A stretch of 64,000 nt of DNA. Origin: Ostreococcus lucimarinus (taxonomy: Eukaryota). The notes under the pieces were generated by a model. That model worked only from the letters and a program-made list of their open reading frames with translations, ran no database searches and was not told the DNA's origin. Shown here in pieces: positions 45,116-54,718 of the stretch (its first letter is position 1; each line of letters starts with the position of its first letter). Made by a program: the position numbers and the translations under genes. Where the stretch lies: assembly GCA_000092065.1 (NCBI GenBank), contig CP000592.1; one strand, given 5' to 3'.

Positions 45116-47023
45116 TTACTTCCTACTCGAACACGAAAAAACCGTCGGTCGATAGTTCGGGACATACATGGTTGAATACACGTACTCGCTCATCGCTTCC
45201 TCGCCCTGCGCGACGATGTGACGAATGTCTTCCGGCACTCGACCCTCGCGCGCGGCGGCTTCGATGACCTTGATCGCAACGTACGCCGAGATATCGCGGA
45301 TGCGATCGATACGCGGAAAGATAGTGCCTTCTGTGTATTGTTCGGGCGTGAGCATAGCTGGGATAGCCATCGCGGCGGCTTGAAGCATCGCGTCGGAGAT
45401 GACAGACGATTTCGACAGCAACGCACCGAGACCAAGTCCGGGAAAGACGTAAAAGTTATTGCCCTGATTCGCCTTCATCACTCTGCCATTAATCTCGACA
45501 TCGCTGAACGGCGAACCAGATGAAAAGATAGCCCTTCCGTCAGTCGCGTTCGCGGCGTCCTCCGCCGTACATTCGGCACGAGACGTCGGATTTGAGAGCG
45601 GCATGATAATCGGGCGCTCGTTTATTTTACCCATTTCCTCAAGCACCTCCTTCGAAAATAGCCCCTTCACCGTGGAAACGCCGAGTAAAACCGTGGGTTT
45701 CGCCTTTTTAATCACGTCCATGAGCGACGCGCCCTCGGGCATGTCGTTTCGGTTGCGTGCGAAACCTTTCAGCGGCTCCTGTCCGGGATCGTCCAACGCG
45801 CGTTCGGCGGTGACCAGCCCGTTGGCGTCGATGATGTAAAATCTCTTGTATGCTTCCTCGGCCGTCAATCCATTCGCAACCATAGCTTGGTGTAGGAATG
45901 ATGCTATACCACATCCCGCGCTTCCAGCGCCGCACATGACGAAGGTTTGTTTGACAATATCCTTGCGATGACCATGAAGACACTTCATCGCTCCGTACAC
46001 GCCGGCTAGGACGACGGCCGCGGTGCCTTGGATATCATCGTTGAAGCACAGAACTTCATCGCGATAGTGCTGCAAAATTTTGTTCGCGTGCTTCGTTTGA
46101 AAGTCTTCGAACTGAATCAACGCGTTTGGCCACCGGTTTCGCACGCCGCGAATAAACTCCTCCACAAACGCGTAATACTCCTCACCTTCCAGTCGCTTGT
46201 GCGGCGACCCGAGATAATAGGGATCGTTCAAAAGATCTGGATTGTTCGTGCCAACGTCGAGGACGACTGGCAAAACATGCTGCGGATCAAAACCACCCCC
46301 GGCGACGTACAGGTCCAATTTCCCTTGCGAAATTCCCATACCATTCATGCCGAGATCGCCCAAACCCAAAATCCTCGACCCGTCGGTGACCACTATGACG
46401 GAGACGTTCCGTTTCCAGTTGAACATCATCGAGTTAAAATCGCCCCTATCCTCGCGCGAAAAGTACATCCCTCTCGCCCGGCGCAATAACTTTGAATATT
46501 CAAGGCACGCGTCTCCGACCGTCGGCGTGTAAATCACCGGCGCTAATTCCTCGATGTGATCGTGCACCAGGCGATAAAACAACGTCTCGTTACGATCCTT
46601 CAAATCTTGAAGGTGACTCCACCGATCCAGCGGACGCTTCAGCGCTTTATTTTGCGCCCATATCTTCACCGCTTGCTGTCCGATCGTGAAGAACCGCGGC
46701 GGCACGAGCCCGCGAATGCCCAATCGTTCGCGTTCGCTCGCGCTGAACCCGGTGCCTTTATTGTATATGGGATTGTGGAGCACCTCGATGCCGCGCGACG
46801 TGTCGGGATGCATCACCACCACGTCGTCCACCGCGCGCCTGTGACTGTTCGTCCCGATGGGTTCGATCATGCTCGACGCTCGCGAGCGCTCGTCGTCGTC
46901 GAGCAGCGCGCCGACGGCGTTCGACGACGCGGTGGTCGTTGCCGCGTCGCGCGCGAAAATCGACGCGGTGCCGCGCGCGGTGGACGCGAGCGCGCGCGAG
47001 CGCGCGACGGACGCGGAGAGCAT
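45116..47023 (-). CDS. ME: NAD(P)-dependent malic enzyme with an organellar presequence
   Basis: ...NPIYNKGTGFSASERERLGIRGLVPP..., VVTDGSRILGLGDLGMNGMGISQGKLDLY..., FNDDIQGTAAVVLAG... show whole-length malic enzyme similarity. The proposed start is ATG at 47023 (MLSASVARSRALASTARG...). About 635 aa. Confidence 0.85.
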   Translation of the reverse strand: MLSASVARSRALASTARGTASIFARDAATTTASSNAVGALLDDDERSRASSMIEPIGTNSHRRAVDDVVVMHPDTSRGIEVLHNPIYNKGTGFSASERERLGIRGLVPPRFFTIGQQAVKIWAQNKALKRPLDRWSHLQDLKDRNETLFYRLVHDHIEELAPVIYTPTVGDACLEYSKLLRRARGMYFSREDRGDFNSMMFNWKRNVSVIVVTDGSRILGLGDLGMNGMGISQGKLDLYVAGGGFDPQHVLPVVLDVGTNNPDLLNDPYYLGSPHKRLEGEEYYAFVEEFIRGVRNRWPNALIQFEDFQTKHANKILQHYRDEVLCFNDDIQGTAAVVLAGVYGAMKCLHGHRKDIVKQTFVMCGAGSAGCGIASFLHQAMVANGLTAEEAYKRFYIIDANGLVTAERALDDPGQEPLKGFARNRNDMPEGASLMDVIKKAKPTVLLGVSTVKGLFSKEVLEEMGKINERPIIMPLSNPTSRAECTAEDAANATDGRAIFSSGSPFSDVEINGRVMKANQGNNFYVFPGLGLGALLSKSSVISDAMLQAAAMAIPAMLTPEQYTEGTIFPRIDRIRDISAYVAIKVIEAAAREGRVPEDIRHIVAQGEEAMSEYVYSTMYVPNYRPTVFSCSSRK

Positions 47024-47190
47024 CGCACGTCGCGTCGGTCGCGTCGACTGGATCCGCGCGGGAGCGCGGCGTCGACGTGTGGCGTCGCGATTTGGGTTTA
47101 TCTGCTTTCCCGGCGACGGGGACGGGACGGGACGGGACGCGACGAACGCGACGGAATGTAGACTATCGATTGAAACGATTATGGCTAAGG

Positions 47191-49674
47191 CTATTGCTTC
47201 AATCGAGCCTTGATTTCGTCGGTGTCGCCGTACCAGTGCTCGAAGACGCCGATGGCGTGATGGATGACGTCGAGACGGCGGCGAAGGTCGGCGGCGCGCG
47301 CGGCGGCGCGATCGAGCGGGGGACATCGGGCGTCGGCTCGCGCCTCAGCGCGGCCGCGCCTACGGAAGACGAAGGCGACGCTCATGCGTGGTGGATCTGG
47401 GCTGTCGATTTCACACGCGCTGCCCCAGTGGATGATGTTTCCTGACCATGCGAGGAGGGCGCCGGCGTCGACGGGGGCGAGGGGCTTGGCGGCGCCGCGA
47501 GGCACCTCGGGGGCGGATTTTGAAACGTCACTTCGCCCACCATCTTCGTCGTCTTTCTTCGACACGACGTACATGCACCCACTTGTTTCCGTGACGCGGT
47601 TCAACGGGAGCCAAAGGCTGAGGACTTGCGTTTTACCATCTTCGTCGACGGCGTCCGAGAGGGAGTAGTCGCGATGCGGAACGCCAAAGTTGTTACCGAT
47701 GTAACGCTTCCCAGATGCGTCTTTTTCGAGCTTGAACGCGGCAACGGATGGTTCTAACACGCACTCACCGCCAAGTAGGACCTCCGCGTGCGCGAATAGC
47801 AAGTCGATGACACGCCAGGCAACGTCGGAAACGAATATGCACGCCGGCGGCCACTTGGCGTCGACGAGCGCCTCGATGCCGCTGCGGAGCGCGTTGGTAT
47901 CCTTAATCGGCACGATAACATCGCCCCACACGTAGCCGTTCTCTTGTAGCGACGCCACGTGCTCTTGCGTTGCGCTAGCGTCGATTTCACTCACGGTCGC
48001 ATCGCTGTTGCTTGACACCGCGCAGCCGTGCGTGCTTAAAATGGCGTTCCAGTAGGTTGCGTCGAAAACGTTCGTCGAAATTGCCTTTCCCGGAGCTGCA
48101 TCTTCGCCCTCGTCTCCGAACGCGTCCCATGCCGAGTTCTTGTCATCGATCGCTGGTAAATTTCGTACGTCCTCGTCCTCGTCGTTGGCGGCGTAATCGA
48201 GCACAGTAAAGTGCCCGTGTGTATCGACATCAGCGATGCGATAAGGAAATCGAGCGGCGTCGGCGCCAAGCTTTTCTCGCAGTCGCGCGTGCCAGTGCTC
48301 GGGATGAAAACTTTCAACATTCTTCGACGGGTCGAACCAAGTGCATACGATATCGCGTTCTCTCACATCGCTCGTTGCGCTCGTCCTCGTACGCTTTTCT
48401 GGCCGACTTTCCACGTCCTCAAAAGTGACGTCGGCGGGATCTCGCAGCAAGTGCGCATTGTCGCCCAGCGCCTCCAAAGCGGATCCATTCATGCCCGATA
48501 ACGCCAAAACACCGGTATCGGCGTTGATAAGCGTTCGTACACGCAGTACGATCGTCTCATCGTCGCCTTGTGGCCAAGATCCTACGATGGCGTCGTACTT
48601 GGCGCCGCTCGCGCGTTCGAGAAAATCTAAAAAGTCTTCGCTCCAAACTCTAATCTCCCCGCGAGCGCCTGCATCGCTCGCGTGCACCTTTTTATCACAT
48701 CGCGTGCACTCCAAACCAAAATATTTCACCATCAAGTCCACGACCGTGCCATCTTGTTCGACGACGTCGACGCGCGTCTCCGGTGAGTACGTGCGCATGA
48801 ACGACGCCACGGCGGCGCCTCCGGCGCATCCCAGCGCCAACACCCTTCGCACTGGACCGTCCCCCGGCGATGCCATCGCCACCGCGACGTACGTCGCATC
48901 TCTCCACGAATCTAACGCCAATCCGAGCGGTTCGTTCGGGTCCTTTTCCGCCTCGACTGCACCGTCGCTCCCTCTCCACGGGCCGCGCACGAGCGCTCTC
49001 GTGCATTCGCCCCCGGACCCATCCTCCACCGCCATATCGATCACACTCAGCGCCTCAAGCCCACTGTCTTCCGCTCTTTCCACGTGCTCAATGACTTCTA
49101 CGCTCCACGTCAACTTCCCAGTGCGCGCGTCGACCCCCAACGGCGTCACCAACGTCAACGTCTCGATCAACAACGCAAACGTCCAACGCTCCTCCGCGTC
49201 CAATTCATCCTGTGCTCTCAACGTCGGCGTCGTCGCGCTCGCCATCCCGCTCGACGAATCCACGAAAATCGGTTGTCCGGTGCTCTCGTCGAGCTCCACC
49301 TGATACCCCTCGTTCTCGAGCAATCCATTCGCGACGCCGCCGAGTTCGCTCAAAACCAACAGCGCGCCGTCGCTCGCCGCGAGCGCGTCCGCGTCCGCGC
49401 TCTCCACCGGTGCCCCCGTCGCGCTGTCGCGCTCGACCGCTTGCACGGACCTCAACAAAGGCACGACGCACCCCGACGCGCACAGCGCGAGCGCCCAAGC
49501 GGCGCCGTGACCCTCGTCGCCGATGCGCAGCTCGAGCAGTGATTCCGCGGCGGCGGCGCGTTCGCGCGACGATGGCGACGACAAACGGGCGACAAACGAG
49601 CGCAGACTCGCGGTAGAGTCGACCGACGGCGATGCGCGCGCGGTGTCGCGCGCGTCGTCGCGCGGGCGAGGCAT
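47191..49674 (-). CDS. Multidomain protein: central class I SAM-methyltransferase/spermidine-synthase-like domain plus C-terminal PhyH-like Fe(II)/2OG dioxygenase domain
   Basis: MTase-like: RVLALGCAGGAAVASFMRTYSPETRVDVVEQDGTVVDLMVKYFG. PhyH-like: ...NNFGVPHRDYSLSDAVDEDGKTQVLSLWLPLNRVTETSGCMYVVSKKDD...ALLAWSGNIIHWGS (HxD...H). 827 aa. ATG at 49674. Its 3' end overlaps the 5' region of the malic enzyme track ORF. Confidence 0.5.
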   Translation of the reverse strand: MPRPRDDARDTARASPSVDSTASLRSFVARLSSPSSRERAAAAESLLELRIGDEGHGAAWALALCASGCVVPLLRSVQAVERDSATGAPVESADADALAASDGALLVLSELGGVANGLLENEGYQVELDESTGQPIFVDSSSGMASATTPTLRAQDELDAEERWTFALLIETLTLVTPLGVDARTGKLTWSVEVIEHVERAEDSGLEALSVIDMAVEDGSGGECTRALVRGPWRGSDGAVEAEKDPNEPLGLALDSWRDATYVAVAMASPGDGPVRRVLALGCAGGAAVASFMRTYSPETRVDVVEQDGTVVDLMVKYFGLECTRCDKKVHASDAGARGEIRVWSEDFLDFLERASGAKYDAIVGSWPQGDDETIVLRVRTLINADTGVLALSGMNGSALEALGDNAHLLRDPADVTFEDVESRPEKRTRTSATSDVRERDIVCTWFDPSKNVESFHPEHWHARLREKLGADAARFPYRIADVDTHGHFTVLDYAANDEDEDVRNLPAIDDKNSAWDAFGDEGEDAAPGKAISTNVFDATYWNAILSTHGCAVSSNSDATVSEIDASATQEHVASLQENGYVWGDVIVPIKDTNALRSGIEALVDAKWPPACIFVSDVAWRVIDLLFAHAEVLLGGECVLEPSVAAFKLEKDASGKRYIGNNFGVPHRDYSLSDAVDEDGKTQVLSLWLPLNRVTETSGCMYVVSKKDDEDGGRSDVSKSAPEVPRGAAKPLAPVDAGALLAWSGNIIHWGSACEIDSPDPPRMSVAFVFRRRGRAEARADARCPPLDRAAARAADLRRRLDVIHHAIGVFEHWYGDTDEIKARLKQ

Positions 49675-49722
49675 GGCGCGGGCGGCACGCGGCGGATAAT
49701 GACGGTTTGTGTTCCAGCGGCG

Positions 49723-51111
49723 CTACTGCGAGCGGTCGAGGACGAGCGCGAGAGATGAATCGTCGGGAACGAGCGCTTCGAAGTGGCCGGGAAAGTGCTT
49801 GACGCACAGCGCAGGGATGGTATCACCGCCGTGGCGGCAGCGGCGGCGCGCGATGGCGGCGGTAACGAGGGAGAGGGTGAAAGTTTCGCGCGCGCGGCGG
49901 CAACGCCACTCGACGGTTTTACCGTCGCGACGAAATCGACCGTCCGCGAGGTATCTCGCGGGTGCGAAAGCGCGGTGTCTTTCGTCGCGACGCGGTGCGG
50001 CGAGGAAGAAAGGTGACTTGGCCGTCGCTGGGACGCGTTCGTCCGTCGTCTCCACGCACACGATGGCTACGTCGTTGAGACTCGCGATGGCGCATAGCTC
50101 GGCGTCGGTGCCCCAAAAGCGAGTCCAGATTTTCGTCGCCGTGTACGGTGCGGCGTCCTTACGCATCGTGCGAATGTACTCTTTGAAGCGCTCGTCGTCG
50201 CTCGCTCGCTTAAATTTGCCAACGCGCAGGTAGCGTCGCCCCTCGTCGCCGTTCATCAGTAGGTTGTATAGCGCACGTATTTCTGTCCTCCCGCGCATCT
50301 CGTTCCGCCGTTTCTCTAATTCGTCGCACATTCGCGCTCGAATGTCGCGCCAATCCGATCCAGCGCGTTTAACATCCCAAAGTTTATGCCTCGCGAGCGC
50401 CTTGACGCCGTGAGCGATGGACCGAAAACAACAATTTCCGTCCTCGACAACGCCTTGCACGCGCAAGCCCAACGCGCGCGTCTGCGAACTCCAATGACTG
50501 TTCTCTTTGCGTGCTTTTCCCACCGCACGCGCCTCGCCGACGAAGATGACATCGCTCGCGCTCGCGCTTGCGCTCACGCTCGAGCTCGAGCTCGAGCTCG
50601 ACGTCCGCCGCGTCGTTTCGCTCTCGACGTCCTCCACGCGCACTCGCCAACCGCGCGGTCGCAACTGCGCTGGCATCGTCTCCGCCGTCGCGACGCGTTC
50701 TAGGACCGCCCCCGCGAGCGCTGATCCACGCTCTAAAAGCTTTCGAGCGTACTTTGTTCCCATGGAACGACCCTCGCGCGCCGCGGACGTCTCGCGCCGC
50801 CGCGCCGCGGACGCGCGTCGATACGCCGCGAGCAATGTCATCGACGCCAGCGCGAACGCGCGCGTCGAACGAAACCCTAAACGGCCGTACGAAACACATA
50901 AAGCGATGAACTCGGCGTAGACGCGCGAGTTCTGCGAAATCGACAGCTCGAGCGCGCGAAAGAGCGCGCGAGAAGCGCGAGTGATGTCGGCGGCGGACGC
51001 GCGTTTGCCGTCGATTTTTCGCGCCGCGCGCGCCGCGGCGACGGCGAAACGCCTGGACGCGGCGTCGCGTAGCTTTCGTTTGGCACCGCGCGTCGCGAGC
51101 GCGACGCGCAT
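49723..51111 (-). CDS. OTU-domain cysteine protease (deubiquitinase-like)
   Basis: Catalytic Cys box GVVEDGNCCFRSIAHGV. His box region ...HFPGHFEALVP. A poly-Ser linker lies upstream. The first ATG is at 51111. The track ORF starts at a GTG three codons upstream. Confidence 0.6.
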   Translation of the reverse strand: MRVALATRGAKRKLRDAASRRFAVAAARAARKIDGKRASAADITRASRALFRALELSISQNSRVYAEFIALCVSYGRLGFRSTRAFALASMTLLAAYRRASAARRRETSAAREGRSMGTKYARKLLERGSALAGAVLERVATAETMPAQLRPRGWRVRVEDVESETTRRTSSSSSSSSVSASASASDVIFVGEARAVGKARKENSHWSSQTRALGLRVQGVVEDGNCCFRSIAHGVKALARHKLWDVKRAGSDWRDIRARMCDELEKRRNEMRGRTEIRALYNLLMNGDEGRRYLRVGKFKRASDDERFKEYIRTMRKDAAPYTATKIWTRFWGTDAELCAIASLNDVAIVCVETTDERVPATAKSPFFLAAPRRDERHRAFAPARYLADGRFRRDGKTVEWRCRRARETFTLSLVTAAIARRRCRHGGDTIPALCVKHFPGHFEALVPDDSSLALVLDRSQ

Positions 51112-51215
51112 GGCGCGCACGCGCGGATATGGCGCGCGGCTCGGCGACGGTTAGCTGAAGATTTCTAGCGCCGGGACGCGCGCGCGAGCTCTAATGTTCT
51201 ATTACGATCGCTAAG

Positions 51216-53309
51216 TCACGGCTTACAGGCGGTGATTTGCGCGTATAAGTCGTGTGATTTCGTGTCACACGCGCACGTCATGTCGGTCGCGAACAAAAGA
51301 CGCAGAGCGACGAGGTTCTTGGTGGAGATGACGCGCGAAGCGACGACGTCGGCGACGAGCGAGGCGACGACGGCGTCGCTCGCTGCGTGAGGTTCAAATT
51401 TTTCCGTCACGAAGTCAGCCGCGGTACGGGCTTCTTGGAAAAATCGATCGGCGATTCCGGCGAAGACTGTGACGTCGGAGACAGCCTCGTCGGCGTCGGT
51501 GAGCTCACCTCGAAAGTGACTCAGATTGGCCTCGATGGACGCTTTGTAGTCGTCGTAGTGCGCGGGCGGCGGAAGTTCGACGGTTTGAAACGTGCTGAAT
51601 CGCTGCCAAAAGCGCAGATCTTCGCCACTAAACGCAGTAACACACGGTCGTAGCTTGCCACTGTCGAGGAGTGCGGCGAAGGTGAACCGAAGCGCCGAAT
51701 ACATCGAGAGCTTTTGTTGCTCGGCCAAGAAGCAAAGTTGCGTCTGGATCGTCTGCGTTGACGGTGTCATCGCCTTGCGCCTCAGCGTGACGACACGAAG
51801 CCGCTGCAAATAGTGCATGTAGTAGTACACCATCGCGAGCTCGTGGGGCAAGTACAAGTCGAGCGAAAACCCGAGCTCGAGATGCCTGAGTTCGACGTAG
51901 CACGTCAAGTGTTCCGCCCAGGCAATGCAAGGCGCCTGAAGCGATCGCAAAGTCTCGACTTTAGCCCGATCCTCGTCGCTCGTCGCTAACGCGTCGTCTT
52001 GTGCCGCGTCCAGGGCGTCCGCAGCGATTTGCAGATGACTGAACTCACCGAGCGACCGCCTGAGTACGCGCCTGAAGCGCGCCCGGTTGACGCAAAACGA
52101 TCGAACCACAACCGTCAACGGCTGCACGCACTCGTCGATGAAAGCGTCAACCGCGTCCTTGGGGTGCGCGAACGACGTTTCGAGCGTCTTCGTCGTTACA
52201 CCAGCGAACGTCCAAACGGAATGAAGTCCAACGTGACCGAAGTGCCATCCGCACAGCTCTTTCTCGTGCATCAACTCGGCGGCTGCGAGTCCGAGCGCGA
52301 TGGCTCCCGGTCGACGAGTCTGGAGTCGTTCTAAACACTCCAGGACCTCTTCAATCGTCGGCGCTTCCTTACGAGCACGAAATTTGAACACCTCGGCGGC
52401 GACGAGCACGTCGTCGATCTCTCTTTCGAAATATTCAAACGCTCGTCGAGTGCTCAAAAAGTGCACCTCCCTCGGCGGCGCGCCACCCAACATGTGCAAA
52501 CTCAACCCTTTCGAAAAGCTTCCCGCGTTGGGATCCCAATCCAGCGCGTCTTCATCGTCGACGACGTCTTCGCTATAATAATTTCGCATCTCTTTCAAAC
52601 GCGCCTTGGCCGCGTTCGCGTGTTGTCGCGCCTCGTTTCTCGCATCCGTCCCCGCCCCGATGGCTCCCGTCAACGTCTTCATCATCAAGTGATGTGCCCT
52701 CCTAAATTCTAACCGCGCGACGACGGCTTCGACGTCGCGATCACCCCCACTATCCTCCATCTTCATCAGCGCGCTCGCGAGCTCGATCAAAACCTCGTCG
52801 TCCGCCTCCGCCGTCGCCCACGCTTCGCGCCCGGCGACTTCTCCAAAGTCCCCGAGCACCGCGAAATCCTCTTCCTCGTACACGTCTCCCGTTTTCACCG
52901 CGTGCTGCGCCATCGACGCGCTCGCCAGCGTCGCGCGCGTGAACGCTCGCAGCGCCGGCGTGGCGTCGTCCAAGTGTCCCGTTCGATGTCCCGCGCAGTG
53001 CGCGTTCGTCCACACCGTCGTCGCCGCCGCGTAGCCCTTTCGAAACGTCCCTTCCGCGCACAGCATCGCGTCCAGCTCGCGCACCAGATCGCGGCCGGTG
53101 ATGTCTTTCGGTGCGCGTCCGCTGGCGAGGAGCTGGGCGAGCGTGAGGCGAGAACCGTCCCGCACGGCGCCGGCATCCATCTTCAGGTCGCCGATGTCGA
53201 GCGCGCTCATGGCGTCGAATAGGGAGAAATTGGCGTCGTGCACGAGCTCTCCCGAGGTGAGAACGTTCGATAGCTCATTTATGATGGGATCGAGCGGGAT
53301 CCAGGACAT
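51216..53309 (-). CDS. NAA35: N-alpha-acetyltransferase 35, NatC auxiliary subunit (Mak10/NAA35)
   Basis: The N-terminus, MSWIPLDPIINELSNVLTSGELVHDANFSLFDAMSALDIGDLKMDAGA, matches the conserved Mak10 N-terminal motif (...GEL..D..F.LF.AMSA.E.MDPKMD.G). The length (697 aa) is typical. ATG at 53309. The upstream 40 codons of the track ORF are not coding. Confidence 0.65.
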   Translation of the reverse strand: MSWIPLDPIINELSNVLTSGELVHDANFSLFDAMSALDIGDLKMDAGAVRDGSRLTLAQLLASGRAPKDITGRDLVRELDAMLCAEGTFRKGYAAATTVWTNAHCAGHRTGHLDDATPALRAFTRATLASASMAQHAVKTGDVYEEEDFAVLGDFGEVAGREAWATAEADDEVLIELASALMKMEDSGGDRDVEAVVARLEFRRAHHLMMKTLTGAIGAGTDARNEARQHANAAKARLKEMRNYYSEDVVDDEDALDWDPNAGSFSKGLSLHMLGGAPPREVHFLSTRRAFEYFEREIDDVLVAAEVFKFRARKEAPTIEEVLECLERLQTRRPGAIALGLAAAELMHEKELCGWHFGHVGLHSVWTFAGVTTKTLETSFAHPKDAVDAFIDECVQPLTVVVRSFCVNRARFRRVLRRSLGEFSHLQIAADALDAAQDDALATSDEDRAKVETLRSLQAPCIAWAEHLTCYVELRHLELGFSLDLYLPHELAMVYYYMHYLQRLRVVTLRRKAMTPSTQTIQTQLCFLAEQQKLSMYSALRFTFAALLDSGKLRPCVTAFSGEDLRFWQRFSTFQTVELPPPAHYDDYKASIEANLSHFRGELTDADEAVSDVTVFAGIADRFFQEARTAADFVTEKFEPHAASDAVVASLVADVVASRVISTKNLVALRLLFATDMTCACDTKSHDLYAQITACKP

Positions 53310-53594
53310 CGCTTCGCGCGGATGGCGCCGAGAGGCGCGAGGTGAGGTCGACGCGAATCGCGGCGAAGACGGCGAGCGCGCGAGAGAGAGAGCGATGGGC
53401 GAGCGACGCGTGAGACGAATGCGCGTCAATGATAACTACAACATACGTGTTCTCTCTACCGGCCGCGGACGCGATCGACGACGAACGGGATGGGGTTCGA
53501 AACAGACAAACTCCCTTCTCGTTCGCGCGCGTCGCGCCTCGCGGCGCTTCTCTTCTCCTTCGCGACCAGACTAACAAACCAACTCAGTAATCGC

Positions 53595-54424
53595 TTACTT
53601 GAGCGGGATGAACTTGGAACCGGCGGCGAGACCAGCGCGACCGTGCGACACCGGTCTGTACGTGATCGCGTACTCACCGAGGTACGTCCCAATCATCTCC
53701 GGCTTGATTTCAACCGTGTTGAACACCTTGCCGTTGTACACGCCGACGACGGAGCCAACCATCTCCGGGATGATGGGCATGTTTCTCAAGTGCGTGCGCA
53801 CGGTTTCCGGCTTCTCCATACCCGTCACCGCCGCCTTCGCCTTACGAAGCTTCGCGACGAGCGTCTTGTGCTTGCGCACCAAACCGTTACGCTTGAATCG
53901 ACGACGAATGCGCGCGTTGAAGAGCGTCACGAGCTTGTCGTTTTTCAATTCAAGCAACCCCTCGAGATCGATCCCGCGGTACGAAAACTTCTTGTACGGG
54001 TTCTTCTTACGCGGAACCCCGACGAGGGCGTCTTCTTCAGCCGTGGACTGCGCGCGTCGCACACGTTCGCGCTCTCGTCAGTCTCTCTCGTCGCGTCGTC
54101 GTTAGGGCTTTGGCCCATCGCCCCCCCCTCGCGCGTCCCTCGCGCGCCCCCCCCCCACGCCGCCGCCGCCCGCGCCGTCGCTCGAGCGCGCCGTCTCAAA
54201 ACATCCCCCACGTCCTCGCGCGCGCGTCCGCGCCCCTCTCCGCGCGCGCGCGTCGTCCCGTCGCGATCGCGCGTCGCCCCGCGATCGGCGAAACCCCACG
54301 ACGGGCGTCACCGTCGTCGCCGTCGGCTCGCGCGTTCGCGCGCGCGCGCGCCCCGTCGTCCCGCGTCCCGCGCGCGTCGAAATCGTTCGCGTCGTCCGCG
54401 CCGTCGAGCGTCGCGACGCACCAT
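53595..54424 (-). CDS. RPS15: 40S ribosomal protein S15 (uS19), two exons with an ATG-only first exon
   Basis: Exon 2 (53595-54047) encodes [34 protein letters not shown]...[28 protein letters not shown]...[62 protein letters not shown]...KFIPLK*, a full-length match to eukaryotic uS19. There is no in-frame ATG upstream in the exon (the track start is a GTG). A minus-strand ATG at 54424-54422 is followed directly by a GTGCGT donor. The intron at 54048-54421 has ACTGAC 27 nt before the GCGCAG acceptor, and the junction gives M-STAEED... Confidence 0.8.
54048..54421 (-). other. RPS15 intron (374 nt) following the ATG-only exon 1
   Basis: Donor GTGCGT immediately after ATG. ACTGAC at 54082-54077. 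Acceptor CAG at 54050-54048. Contains a long polypurine (G-rich) tract on the coding strand (54121-54160). Confidence 0.5.
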
Positions 54425-54718
54425 GTTCGCGTCCGCGTCGCGTCGTGGAAAGACGGCGCGGCGCTCGCGGCGCGCGCGCGCGCGCGCGTTGGTTTTACGA
54501 TCGACCCACGCGTTCGCGATGATGGGCTTCGATCGCGCTTCAACGCGCATCCGGCGCGTCGTGCGTGCGCGCGAAGGTCTGGTGGCGTGCGTCGCGGGTC
54601 GATCGATCGCGCGCGTCGCGATCGAACCTCGCCGCGAGGTTCGATCGAGTCGCGCGACCGGCGCGTCGTCGATCGAGCGGTGCGAACCGACCGGACGACG
54701 TCACACCGACGCGCGACG

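Noticed and set aside
53500-53530. GGTTCGAAAC motif resembling a tRNA T-loop
   Set aside because: The flanking bases cannot form a T-stem or acceptor stem, and no cloverleaf is possible. No tRNA genes were recognised anywhere in the window.
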